Source of the DNA: an uncultured Planctomycetia bacterium
GTDB taxonomy: Bacteria > Omnitrophota > Gorgyraeia > Duberdicusellales > 4484-171
Assembly (NCBI GenBank): GCA_964489445.1
Contig: CAZAYU010000002.1
Location: forward strand, 205,020-269,019
Length of the DNA stretch: 64,000 bases
Reading direction: 5' to 3'
The translations under genes were made by a program, and so were the position numbers. Positions 38,015 through 47,709 of the stretch are shown in pieces; position 1 is the first letter of the stretch; each line of letters begins with the position of its first letter. Under the pieces are notes generated by a model. The model was not told the DNA's origin and made no database searches. It was given only the letters and a program-made list of their open reading frames with translations.

Positions 38015-39832
38015 ATGAAGACATATTTGAAAGAATACTTTAAATTATTAGCGTTTGCTAAGTCGTACAAAGGAATGCTGGGGTTGGCTATATTTTGTAT
38101 GGCAATTTCAACTATCTTTGAAGGGGCAAGCTTAGGGATGATTGTTCCCTTGTCTGATCGAGTACTTACTAATAAGAAGATTGTTATACCTGGAAAATTA
38201 CCACAATTTCTTTCTTCGCTTATTGAAAAATTTAATGAGATAGATCCTTTAGTATTTCTTCAATTTATGATAATTTTTATGATTGTTTTATTTTTTTTCA
38301 AAGCAGTGCTCATTTTTATCCAGAATTATCTCATGAATATTATTGGTCAGGGGGTGGTGAGGGAAGTTAGAAATAGGCTGTATGCTAAATTCCATGAGTT
38401 GTCTATGGAGTTTTATGGAAAAAAACGTGCAGGTGAATTAATGTCTAGGGTAACTAATGATGTAGGGGTAATTACTAACTCTATTTCTTATGCGCTAAAA
38501 GATTTGATTTTTGAATCAATGAAAGTAGTGTTATTCACATTTTTGGCGTTTTATTTAGGCTTTAAGATATCTTGGAAATTGCCACTTGTTGCTTTTGTTA
38601 TTTTTCCGGCAATTATGTTTCCAGTGATTAGAATCGGAAAAAGAATTAAGAAATTTACAGTAGGAATGCAGAAAAAAATGGCAGATCTTAATTCAATAAT
38701 GTCAGAAACGATACAAGGCGCTTACATTGTGAAAGCTTTTTGTCGGGAAGACTATGAGTTAGAACGATTTAAAAAAATCAATCAGCAGTATTACAAATTT
38801 ACCTTAAAAAGTGCCAAGCGGACGTTAGTCTTATCTCCATTAACTGAATTTGTCGGGGTTGTAGGGGCGGCGATCGTGTTGTGGATTATCGGGAAGGAAG
38901 TGGTTGCTGGTAGGCTTTCCTTCGGTGTTTTTGGAGCATTCTTAGCTTTTTTAATGTCAATGATTAGCCCACTTAAAAAATTGTCTAATGTGCATGCAAT
39001 AAATCAACAAGCATTAGGCGCTTCGGCAAGGATTTACGATGTTTTAGAAGAAGAAGTTAAGGTGAAGGATAGTGATAAAGCTCACGATATCAATCAGTTT
39101 AATGAAAGTATCCGATTTTGTGGAGTTTGGTTTAAATATAATGAAACGGATAATCATGCTTTACAGGAAATTGATTTAGAGGTTAAAAAAGGAGAAGTAG
39201 TTGCTTTGGTGGGGCATTCCGGAGCCGGAAAAACCACGTTAGTTGGGTTACTTCCTAGATTTTATGATCCGCAAAAAGGAAAAATTACCGTTGATAATGT
39301 AGATTTAAAAAATTTTACCTTAAAATCATTGCGTAGGTCTATTTCCATAGTTTCTCAAGAGATGATTTTGTTTAATTCAACAATCAGAGATAATATTGCT
39401 TACGGAAAAGAAAATGCGGAAGAAGGTGAAATTATTGAGGCAGCGAAAAAGGCACACGCGTATGAGTTTATCGTTAATTTTCCTAAAAAGTTTGATACAG
39501 TTATTGGAGACAGGGGTGTTCGGCTTTCCGGAGGTGAAAAACAAAGGTTAGCAATTGCCCGGGCAATACTAAAAAATGCCCCAATTTTAGTTTTAGATGA
39601 AGCTACAAGTCATCTTGATTCAGTTTCTGAAAAATTAATCCAGGATGCCTTATCTGGCCTGATGAAAGGAAAAACAGCGTTTGTTATTGCTCATCGGTTG
39701 TCAACAGTGCAAAATTCGGATAAGATCATTGTGTTGGATCAAGGCAAAATAGTAGAGTCAGGAAATCATTGTACTCTTTTAAAAGAGGGAGTTTCTTATA
39801 AAAAATTGTATAATCTACAATTTAATGGATGA
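38015..39832 (+). CDS. msbA: MsbA-like lipid A ABC exporter
   Basis: TM domain plus NBD (GHSGAGKTT, LSGGEKQRLAIARA, LVLDEATS, IAHRLST); divergent from the lpxB unit. Confidence 0.8.
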   Translation: MKTYLKEYFKLLAFAKSYKGMLGLAIFCMAISTIFEGASLGMIVPLSDRVLTNKKIVIPGKLPQFLSSLIEKFNEIDPLVFLQFMIIFMIVLFFFKAVLIFIQNYLMNIIGQGVVREVRNRLYAKFHELSMEFYGKKRAGELMSRVTNDVGVITNSISYALKDLIFESMKVVLFTFLAFYLGFKISWKLPLVAFVIFPAIMFPVIRIGKRIKKFTVGMQKKMADLNSIMSETIQGAYIVKAFCREDYELERFKKINQQYYKFTLKSAKRTLVLSPLTEFVGVVGAAIVLWIIGKEVVAGRLSFGVFGAFLAFLMSMISPLKKLSNVHAINQQALGASARIYDVLEEEVKVKDSDKAHDINQFNESIRFCGVWFKYNETDNHALQEIDLEVKKGEVVALVGHSGAGKTTLVGLLPRFYDPQKGKITVDNVDLKNFTLKSLRRSISIVSQEMILFNSTIRDNIAYGKENAEEGEIIEAAKKAHAYEFIVNFPKKFDTVIGDRGVRLSGGEKQRLAIARAILKNAPILVLDEATSHLDSVSEKLIQDALSGLMKGKTAFVIAHRLSTVQNSDKIIVLDQGKIVESGNHCTLLKEGVSYKKLYNLQFNG

Positions 39833-39964
39833 TGCTGGGAAAGTGTAAGCCAGAATTTAAGGGGGGGGATGGTAATGATGGCATGAAATTTAAGATAATA
39901 AGGATAATATTGAAAATATAAATAAATATGATATACTTTGATACTAAAAGGAGGCAGAGTCAAT

Positions 39965-40741
39965 ATGGCATTACCGGAAATTATTAAGGAATTATTGGAA
40001 AATGGGGTTCATTTTGGACATTTAAGCAAACACTGGAACCCCAAAATGAAACAATTTATTTTTGGGAAAAAGAAAAATATCTATATTATCGACTTAGAAA
40101 AAACAGCAGAGAAAATAGCAGAAGCAAAAGATTTTGTTAAGCAAGTCGCTCTTTCTGGAGAAAAAATATTGTTTGTTGCGACGAAGAAGCAGTTGCGTGA
40201 CTTAGTGAAAGAATTGGCTGTGTCTTGTAATATGCCTTATGTAGTAGAAAGGTGGGTTGGAGGATTGCTCACTAATTTTTCAACAATTAGAGGCAGGGTC
40301 AATAGATATGTAGAATTACTTCAGCAGAGAGAAAGCGGTGAATTTGAGAAAATTTCCAAGAAAGAAGCAATACGATTTAATCGGGAAATAGAACGAATGG
40401 AAAAAAAATATAGTGGAGTAGCTGCTTTAGAGAGTTTACCGGGGTGTGTTATTATCGTTGACCCTAAAAAAGAATTTGCTTGCGCAAGAGAGGTAAATAA
40501 ATTAGGATTACCGATTGTTGCCCTGATTGATACAGATGCTAATCCTGAAATAATCAGCTATCCGATACCCGGGAATGATGACTCTATTAAATCAGTAAAA
40601 TATATTATTTCTTGTTTAGTGGAGGCAATTAATTCTGGGTTAAAAGATGACGCTAAAGGGCTAGAAGAAGATAAAACCGAAGTTGAAAATTTAGAGACGA
40701 ATAATGTAGATTCCGAGGTTCCCTTGGAAAACAAGGAGTAA
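39965..40741 (+). CDS. rpsB: 30S ribosomal protein S2
   Basis: LLENGVHFGH...WNPKM, RWVGGLLTNF, IPGNDDSIKS; ATG at 39965 after SD GGAGG. Confidence 0.97.
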   Translation: MALPEIIKELLENGVHFGHLSKHWNPKMKQFIFGKKKNIYIIDLEKTAEKIAEAKDFVKQVALSGEKILFVATKKQLRDLVKELAVSCNMPYVVERWVGGLLTNFSTIRGRVNRYVELLQQRESGEFEKISKKEAIRFNREIERMEKKYSGVAALESLPGCVIIVDPKKEFACAREVNKLGLPIVALIDTDANPEIISYPIPGNDDSIKSVKYIISCLVEAINSGLKDDAKGLEEDKTEVENLETNNVDSEVPLENKE

Positions 40742-40770
40742 TTTAAAACTTACATTAGAAGGAGAAAAGA

Positions 40771-41301
40771 ATGGGTTTAGACAGTATCAAAAAATTAAGA
40801 AAGTTAACTTCGTTAGGAGTAAATGATTGTCGAGAAGCGCTTAATAAATCTCAAGGAAATTTTGAACAGGCGTTAAAGATTTTAAAAAGTCGAGGGATTG
40901 ACATGCTGAGCAAGAAATCTTCTCGGGCAACTTGCCAGGGCCTTATAGATTCTTATGTGCATTTTGGTGGTAATTTAGGTGTGATAGTTGAGGTGAATTG
41001 CGAAACTGATTTTGTTGCACGTACTGACGTATTTAAGAAATTTGTCAAGGATATTGCTATGCAAGTGGCTGCTGCTGCTCCTGAGTACATAAAAAAAGAT
41101 TGCATCCCCGAAGAGGTGTTATCGGGAGTAAAAAATCCGGAAGAGTACGTAAAAAAATATTGCCTACTAGAACAATCATTCATAAAAAATAGTAAACTTT
41201 CAGTGCAAGATTATTTACATGATGTTGTTTCCCAAACCGGAGAGAACATAGCAATAAAAAGATTTGTGCGTTTTTCTTTAGGCGAAGATAATGAAATCTA
41301 A
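40771..41301 (+). CDS. tsf: Elongation factor Ts (short form)
   Basis: [34 protein letters not shown]. Confidence 0.95.
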   Translation: MGLDSIKKLRKLTSLGVNDCREALNKSQGNFEQALKILKSRGIDMLSKKSSRATCQGLIDSYVHFGGNLGVIVEVNCETDFVARTDVFKKFVKDIAMQVAAAAPEYIKKDCIPEEVLSGVKNPEEYVKKYCLLEQSFIKNSKLSVQDYLHDVVSQTGENIAIKRFVRFSLGEDNEI

Positions 41302-42013
41302 GTACAAAAGAGTTCTTCTAAAATTAAGCGGAGAAGCTTTCTTAGGCGAGAGATCTCACGGAATTGATGTTTCAGTTTGCGTGCACTTAGCGAAGCAGAT
41401 TAAAGAAGTGGTTGATTTAGGGGTGGAAATTGCATTAGTTGTCGGGGGAGGTAATATATTCCGTGGCGTTCCCAAATCTAAAGAATTTCAAATGCAAAGA
41501 ACTGTTGCTGATTATATGGGAATGTTGGCAACGGTATTAAATGGTCTTGCCCTACAGAATGCTTTAGAGCACCAGGGGGTATCTACAAGAGTTATGACAG
41601 CTATCCAAATGCATCAGATAGCAGAGCCTTACATCCGTCGCCGGGCGATAAGGCATTTAGAAAGAAAACGTGTAATTATTTTTGTTTCTGGCACGGGTAA
41701 TCCTTATTTTACTACAGACACTGCAGCTGCTTTAAGAAGCATTGAGATAGGTGTAGATATATTGTTGAAAGGAACGAAAGTTGACGGTGTATATTCTGGC
41801 GATCCTTTCAAAAAGAAGAATGCCAAGATGTTCTCCCAGTTAAATTACATGGAAGTTATAAACAAAAAATTAAAAATAATGGATACAACGGCGATTACTT
41901 TATGTATGGAAAATAAATTGCCAATAATGGTATTCAATTTTATGAAGCAAGGAAATTTAAAAAAAGCAATATGTGGACAAAGTATTGGAACTCGTATAAA
42001 TAATAATTATTAA
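41291..42013 (+). CDS. pyrH: UMP kinase
   Basis: [43 protein letters not shown]. Confidence 0.97.
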   Translation: MKSKYKRVLLKLSGEAFLGERSHGIDVSVCVHLAKQIKEVVDLGVEIALVVGGGNIFRGVPKSKEFQMQRTVADYMGMLATVLNGLALQNALEHQGVSTRVMTAIQMHQIAEPYIRRRAIRHLERKRVIIFVSGTGNPYFTTDTAAALRSIEIGVDILLKGTKVDGVYSGDPFKKKNAKMFSQLNYMEVINKKLKIMDTTAITLCMENKLPIMVFNFMKQGNLKKAICGQSIGTRINNNY

Positions 42014-42047
42014 TGTCTACACCTAAGAGATTATATTAGGAGGATAA

Positions 42048-42608
42048 ATGGTTGTTAAAGAAGTACTAAGAGAGATAGAGGAAAACATGGATAAGGTTAT
42101 TAATGCCACTAAAAGAGAACTAGCAGAGCTTCGTTCTGGAAGGGCAAACCCAAAGATGGTGGAGGGAATAAGAGTAAATTATTATGGAGCTCCTACCTTG
42201 CTTAAAGAAATTGCGACGATTGGCATTCCAGAAGCGCGGATGATAGTCGTTAATCCTTACGACCCAACCTCTTTAAAGGAGATTGAAAAATCAATTTTGC
42301 AATCGGATTTGGGTATTACACCAATAAATGACGGAAAAATAATCAGATTAATAGTTCCTGCACTATCAGAGGAAAGGCGAGGTGAATTAATTAAGATAGT
42401 TAAAAAGATAATTGAAGAAGGGAAAATATCAATAAGGACCGTCAGGAGGGATGGCAAGGAAAAGATAAAAGGGTTAGAAAAAAATAAAAATATTTCTGAA
42501 GACGATCGTTATCAAGCTGAAGAGAATCTGCAAAAATTAACTGATAAGCATATTGCTGGTATCGATAAGATATTAAACGATAAAGAAAAAGAGTTGACAG
42601 AATTTTGA
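42048..42608 (+). CDS. frr: Ribosome recycling factor
   Basis: LRSGRANP, YYGAPT, LGITPINDG..IRL..PALSEERR. Confidence 0.96.
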   Translation: MVVKEVLREIEENMDKVINATKRELAELRSGRANPKMVEGIRVNYYGAPTLLKEIATIGIPEARMIVVNPYDPTSLKEIEKSILQSDLGITPINDGKIIRLIVPALSEERRGELIKIVKKIIEEGKISIRTVRRDGKEKIKGLEKNKNISEDDRYQAEENLQKLTDKHIAGIDKILNDKEKELTEF

Positions 42609-42615
42609 TAAATAT

Positions 42616-42688
42616 GGGCCGCTAGCTCAGTTGGTAGAGCACCGCCCTTTTAAGGCGGGTGTCCCGAGTTCGACCCTCGGGCGGCTCA
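42616..42688 (+). tRNA. tRNA-Lys(TTT)
   Basis: GGGCCGCTAGCTCAGTTGGTAGAGCA-CCGCC-CTTTTAA-GGCGG...GTTCGAC...GCGGCTCA. Confidence 0.95.
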
Positions 42689-42785
42689 TAAATATTTTGT
42701 AGCAATAGTTACTGGAAAAACAAGAAGCTAAAAAAGAAGGTTATTGTTGCTGTATGCTAAGAAGCAATTAGCCATATACCGTTTA

Positions 42786-42867
42786 GCGGACGTGGCGGAA
42801 TTGGCAGACGCGCATGGCTTAGGACCATGTCTCGTAAGAGGTGGGAGTTCAACTCTCCCCGTCCGCA
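42786..42867 (+). tRNA. tRNA-Leu(TAG)
   Basis: GCGGACGTGGCGGAATTGGCAGAC...CATGG-CTTAGGA-CCATG, long variable arm, GTTCAAC, CGTCCGCA. Confidence 0.95.
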
Positions 42868-43042
42868 TAGGTATGTTCTTTGAATAAATTAGTAATTGCT
42901 AGCTTAAGATGTGCAAGAAGAAGAGTTTTTTTGCACTTATCAAAAATCCGATGATAATTTCTATTGTTTCTAAATAAAGCAAATTTCTATATGAGTTTAG
43001 CGTGTTAAGAGGTGAGGGCGAATAAGAATATATCCTTTTTTA

Positions 43043-43120
43043 GCGGGCGTAGCTCAATCGGCTAGAGCGTCACGTTGCCAACGTGAAGGTTTGAGGGTTC
43101 GATTCCCTTCGCCCGCTCCA
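43043..43120 (+). tRNA. tRNA-Gly(GCC)
   Basis: GCGGGCGTAGCTCAATCGGCTAGAGCG-TCACG-TTGCCAA-CGTGA...GGTTCGATTCC...CGCCCGCTCCA (CCA encoded). Confidence 0.93.
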
Positions 43121-43249
43121 CAAATGTGATATAATATAAAGTATGTAAAAGTAGTAAAAGTTTGTTTATAACAAAAAAAGTGTCCGGGGAGTGGTATTAA
43201 AAATTAAAAAAAATATTATAAACTATTTGAAGGTTAGCAGGTATAAAAT

Positions 43250-43726
43250 ATGGCATTAAATATCTTTACGTACTTAGACAGGCAATCAATCATTTTTGGG
43301 CTAAAGCAAAAGAAGAAAAAAAGCGTTATCGCTGCTATTATTGAACAGCTTGTCCAGAAAAAGAAGCTTTCCGAAAAAGATAGTAAATCGGTTTTAAAGG
43401 TTATTTTACAGAGAGAAGAAATGGGCTCTACGGCTATTGGAAATCATATTGCTTTTCCACATGCACGGGTTGAATCAATAAAAGGAATTATAATTAGTAT
43501 TTGTATTTTTAAAGAGGGCATAGATTTTGATTCATTAGACCAGGAAGAAGTGAATATCGTGGTTTTGCTTCTTTCTAATCAAAAAGAAGTAGGGTTGCAC
43601 CTTAAAATGCTTGCGCTTTTAGCTAAAATGCTTAGGGACAAATATCTAGTACAGCGGCTGAAAAAAAGCACTGACGCAAATGAAGTTCTTGAGCTGCTTT
43701 CTAAACAACAGCAAGCAGTGGTATAG
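43250..43726 (+). CDS. ptsN: PTS EIIA component (PtsN/fructose-type)
   Basis: REEMGSTAIGNHIAFPHAR, GIDFDSLD, HLKMLA. Confidence 0.8.
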   Translation: MALNIFTYLDRQSIIFGLKQKKKKSVIAAIIEQLVQKKKLSEKDSKSVLKVILQREEMGSTAIGNHIAFPHARVESIKGIIISICIFKEGIDFDSLDQEEVNIVVLLLSNQKEVGLHLKMLALLAKMLRDKYLVQRLKKSTDANEVLELLSKQQQAVV

Positions 43727-43766
43727 AAATATTTAAAATTATTCTTTAAAGGATTGGTTATCTAAT

Positions 43767-44033
43767 ATGGGGCGTGTAGAAGTAAAAGCAGAAGTTAATA
43801 AATCTCACGGATTGCATGCTAGACCTGCTACTATCTTTGTGCAGCTAGCTAATAAATTCAGTTCTTCGGTTCGAGTAGTAAAAAATGACGAGATAATTGA
43901 TGGTAAGTCAATAATTGCGATTTTAAGTCTAGGGGTAAATAAGGGCATATATGTAAAAATAATTACTGAAGGTGAAGATGCTCAAGAAGCAGCGGACAGC
44001 TTAAAGGAATTTTTAGAAACTAATGATGGTTAA
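43767..44033 (+). CDS. ptsH: Phosphocarrier protein HPr
   Basis: GLHARPA, DGKSIIAILSLG, GEDAQEA. Confidence 0.93.
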   Translation: MGRVEVKAEVNKSHGLHARPATIFVQLANKFSSSVRVVKNDEIIDGKSIIAILSLGVNKGIYVKIITEGEDAQEAADSLKEFLETNDG

Positions 44034-45783
44034 ATTAAAAGGAATAGGCGTTTCTGGAGGAATAGGGATAGGAAAAGCCTTAATTTTGGGAAAAGATGAT
44101 TTATCTATTCCTCAAAGAAAGATTTCTCACGATGAAATTTCTCGAGAGATATACCGTTTAGAAGAAGCACTAATCTCTACACGCCGAGAAATCTCAGATC
44201 TTCAAAAAAAAATTTCCGAAGAAATTGGGTTTGATCATGGTCGCATATTTGAAGCTCATTTCCTTGTCTTAGAAGACCGAGTTTTGATAGAAGACGTAAT
44301 CCAGCAGATTAAGAATAGGAAAGTGAATGTAGAATATGCTTTCTCACAAAGTGTGAAAAAGTATGTTGATGCGTTATTGCGATTAAATGATGAGTATCTG
44401 CGCGAACGGGTTGCTGATATCGAGGATATTTCACGCAGGGTTTTACGGAAAATGCTTAAAGAAAATGTTTCCTCTTTAGGTAATTTATCTGAAAAAGTGG
44501 TTATAGTTTCACATGATTTAGCGCCGTCACAAACAGCTTCTTTGCCCAAAGAGAATATTCTTGGGCTAGTAACTGACATTGGAGGAAGAACTTCGCATAC
44601 AGCAATTATTGCCCGTAGTTTGAGAATTCCAGCGGTAGTTGGTGTGGAAGTAGCGACTGTAAATATAAGATCCGGAGACAATATTATTGTTGACGGATCA
44701 TTAGACTGCGTGATAGTAAGGCCCACAGAAAAAGTACTAAATAAATATCACCTTAAAGCAGAAGCTTATAATCGGGAAATAAAAGCAATACAAATTCCCA
44801 AGAGTATTAAAGCAACTACTAAAGATGGAAAAAATATAGTAGTTTCTGCTAATATTGAGCTTCCTGAGGAGCTATCCCTGGTAAAAAAATATACTGCTGA
44901 CGGTATTGGGCTTTATCGAACAGAGTATGTTTTTTTAGGTGCCAATGAAATGCCTTCGGAGGAAATGCAGTATAAAACTTATTCTAAGGTAGCAAAAATG
45001 GTTTCCCCTGGTTCGGTTGTTTTTCGAACTATTGATATTGGTGGAGATAAATTTTTATCTCAGCCTCGAGTTCCTAAGGAGATTAGTCCCTTTTTGGGAT
45101 GGAGAGCCATAAGGTTTTGCTTGGCTATGCCAGAAATATTTAAAGCTCAGCTTAGGGCTATACTTCGGGCTTCTGCTGTCAAGAATGTAAGTGTTATGTT
45201 TCCGATGATTTCCGGCATTGAGGAACTAAGGAAAGCTAAAGGCTTGCTAAGAGAATGCATGGATGAGTTAAGAAGAGAGAAAAAGAGCTTTGACGAGAAT
45301 ATTTCTGTTGGAGTAATGATTGAAGTTCCTTCAGCGGCGTTAATTGCTGACGTTTTAGCTAAAGAATGCGATTTTTTTAGTATCGGCACTAATGATTTAA
45401 TCCAATATTCGTTGGCTGTAGATAGAGGTAACGAAAAGGTTGCTTATCTGTATGAACCTAGCCATTTAGCTGTTTTACGGTTGATAAAAAATGTTATTGA
45501 GATTGCGCATAAATATAATATTGGGGTTGGGTTGTGTGGAGAAATGTCTGGCGATCCCATTTTTACTTATTTTCTTTTAGGTACCGGGCTTGATAGTTTT
45601 AGTATGTCTCCTCCTCAAGTTCCTAAAATAAAGGAATTAATTAATAGTATTTCTTTTGGTGAGGCGAAAAAAATCGCGTCTAAGGCGCTTGATTTTTCTA
45701 CTCCTAAAGAGACAGAAAAGTATCTTCACTCTGAGTTAAAAAGGATTTTAGGGGAAGATTCTTATCATATTTTAACAATGTAA
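44023..45783 (+). CDS. ptsI: PEP-protein phosphotransferase (enzyme I)
   Basis: GGRTSHTAIIARS, GIGLYRTE, RTIDIGGDK, GVMIEVPSA, FFSIGTNDLIQY, CGEM. Confidence 0.95.
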   Translation: MMVKLKGIGVSGGIGIGKALILGKDDLSIPQRKISHDEISREIYRLEEALISTRREISDLQKKISEEIGFDHGRIFEAHFLVLEDRVLIEDVIQQIKNRKVNVEYAFSQSVKKYVDALLRLNDEYLRERVADIEDISRRVLRKMLKENVSSLGNLSEKVVIVSHDLAPSQTASLPKENILGLVTDIGGRTSHTAIIARSLRIPAVVGVEVATVNIRSGDNIIVDGSLDCVIVRPTEKVLNKYHLKAEAYNREIKAIQIPKSIKATTKDGKNIVVSANIELPEELSLVKKYTADGIGLYRTEYVFLGANEMPSEEMQYKTYSKVAKMVSPGSVVFRTIDIGGDKFLSQPRVPKEISPFLGWRAIRFCLAMPEIFKAQLRAILRASAVKNVSVMFPMISGIEELRKAKGLLRECMDELRREKKSFDENISVGVMIEVPSAALIADVLAKECDFFSIGTNDLIQYSLAVDRGNEKVAYLYEPSHLAVLRLIKNVIEIAHKYNIGVGLCGEMSGDPIFTYFLLGTGLDSFSMSPPQVPKIKELINSISFGEAKKIASKALDFSTPKETEKYLHSELKRILGEDSYHILTM

Positions 45784-45845
45784 GAATGTGATAAGATAGT
45801 AGTTTTTTGGAAGAATTAGTCGATTTTACAACAAAAAGGCCGATC

Positions 45846-46580
45846 ATGAATGTAGTAATTCTTGCCGCCGGTTATGGAACACGGTTGTATCCCTTAACGT
45901 TAAAAATAGCTAAACCTCTGATTTTGGTCGGTGATACTCCGATAATTAATTTTTTAATCAAAAAAATTGACAATCTAAAAAAATATTTCTCGATCAAAGA
46001 AGTAAGAATTGTAGTTAATGATAAATTCTATAAAAGTTTTTTATCCTGGAAAAAGAAGTATAAGGTAGATGCAAAGATCATCAATGATGGATCTTTTCAT
46101 CCGGATAATAGGTTAGGTGCGATAAAGGATATGAAGATTGGTATTAATCGATCTGGTTCTGACTTCTTAGTCCTTGGCGGAGACAATTTGTTTAAAGATG
46201 AGTTAGTTAAATTTATTGATTTTTCTGTTAAAAAAAGACCTTACCCATCGATTGGCACTTATGATGTACAAGATAAAGAAACTGCGAAGCGTTTTGGAAT
46301 TGTAATTTTAAATAGTCAGAAAAGAGTAGTGCGATTGGATGAGAAGCCGAATAATCCGCTTTCTACGCTTGCGGCATCTTGTGTTTATTTTTTTCCTAAG
46401 GAATCTTTAAAGTTCATTAATCTTTTTATTAAACAAAACAAGAATGTTGATGCTTCGGGTAAGTATATTTCTTGGTTGGCTAAAGAATGTCAAGTGTATG
46501 GATACCCGTTAAAGGGTGCTTGGGTTGATGTTGGGCATTTTACTTCTTTAAAGGAAGCAAAAAAAATATTTAAACAGTAG
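45846..46580 (+). CDS. Sugar-phosphate nucleotidyltransferase family protein
   Basis: ILAAGYGTRLYPLT...KPL, GDNLF, EKP, WVDVG. Confidence 0.85.
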   Translation: MNVVILAAGYGTRLYPLTLKIAKPLILVGDTPIINFLIKKIDNLKKYFSIKEVRIVVNDKFYKSFLSWKKKYKVDAKIINDGSFHPDNRLGAIKDMKIGINRSGSDFLVLGGDNLFKDELVKFIDFSVKKRPYPSIGTYDVQDKETAKRFGIVILNSQKRVVRLDEKPNNPLSTLAASCVYFFPKESLKFINLFIKQNKNVDASGKYISWLAKECQVYGYPLKGAWVDVGHFTSLKEAKKIFKQ

Positions 46581-46602
46581 TTATTCTTTTGCAAGGAGGG
46601 TT

Positions 46603-47661
46603 ATGAAGTTAGAGCAGTTAAGGGCTAAGATTGATAGGATAGATGAGAAGATTCTTGCACTTTTGAATCAACGGGCAAAAGAGGCTGCGAAAATTAGTAA
46701 GGTGAAAAAAGGCAAGAAGCTTACTACTTATTCACCGGAGAGGGAATCCAGTTTGTTTAGGCATCTGAAGAAAATCAATAAGGGGCCTTTCAAGGCAGAA
46801 GATGTGGAAAATGTGTTCCGAGAGATACTTTCGGTGTGTCGGGCTCAAAGAACAACTTTATCTGTAGCATATCTTGGGCCGCAGGGAACTTTTACTTATT
46901 CTGCTGCGGTAAAAAAATTTGGGAAAAAACCAAAATATATTTCTAGTGTAACCATCGCTGAAGTATTTGAACGGGTAGAGAAAAATGAGGCTGATTACGG
47001 AGTTATTCCAATAGAGAATTCTACGGAAGGAGTTATTAATCATACTTTAGATATGTTTCTTGTGTCTGATCTTCAAATTTGCGCAGAGGTTATTCTAGAT
47101 ATATCTCATTTTTTAATAGGTAACTCTTTTAAAGATATAAAAAGAATTTATTCAAATTCTCAAGTGTTTCCTCAGTGTCGTCAATGGTTGTCAAAAAACT
47201 TACCAATGGCTGATTTTATACCAGTTTCTTCTACTGCCAGCGCTGCTTTGGAAGTACAAAAAGATTTAAAAGGTGCCTGTATAGGCAATAAAGAGCTCGC
47301 TAACATTTATGGGCTTAATATTTTATCTAGCGGGATTGAAGATTCATCTTGCAATTGTACACGATTTTTGGTGATATCTAAAAATGGTAGCTTGGTATCT
47401 GGAAAAGATAAAACATCAGTTTTGTTTTCTGTGAAGGATAAGGTTGGGGCGCTTTATGATGTGCTTTCTTATTTTAAGAGTTCTGGTGCAAATCTTACTA
47501 AGATTGAATCTCGCCCCTCAAAACGAAAGCCCTGGGAGTATTATTTTTTTGTGGATGTTGAAGGACACAAAAGTTCTTCTTTGGTCCAGAAGGCGTTAGA
47601 AAAGCTAGAAAGTAAATGTATTTTCGTTAAAGTCCTTGGTTCTTATCCGCGAGAAAATTAA
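46603..47661 (+). CDS. pheA: Chorismate mutase / prephenate dehydratase
   Basis: LRAKIDRID..IL.LLNQR, AYLGPQGTF, PIENSTEG, TRFLVI, NLTKIESRPS. Confidence 0.95.
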   Translation: MKLEQLRAKIDRIDEKILALLNQRAKEAAKISKVKKGKKLTTYSPERESSLFRHLKKINKGPFKAEDVENVFREILSVCRAQRTTLSVAYLGPQGTFTYSAAVKKFGKKPKYISSVTIAEVFERVEKNEADYGVIPIENSTEGVINHTLDMFLVSDLQICAEVILDISHFLIGNSFKDIKRIYSNSQVFPQCRQWLSKNLPMADFIPVSSTASAALEVQKDLKGACIGNKELANIYGLNILSSGIEDSSCNCTRFLVISKNGSLVSGKDKTSVLFSVKDKVGALYDVLSYFKSSGANLTKIESRPSKRKPWEYYFFVDVEGHKSSSLVQKALEKLESKCIFVKVLGSYPREN

Positions 47662-47709
47662 TGGATGCTACATCTTTCTGCTAAAAAATTAAGTATCAAA
47701 TAATAAGTT

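Noticed and set aside
39861-39868. G8 homopolymer as a phase-variation tract
   Set aside because: Intergenic, upstream of the predicted rpsB -35 box and outside any ORF or promoter spacer
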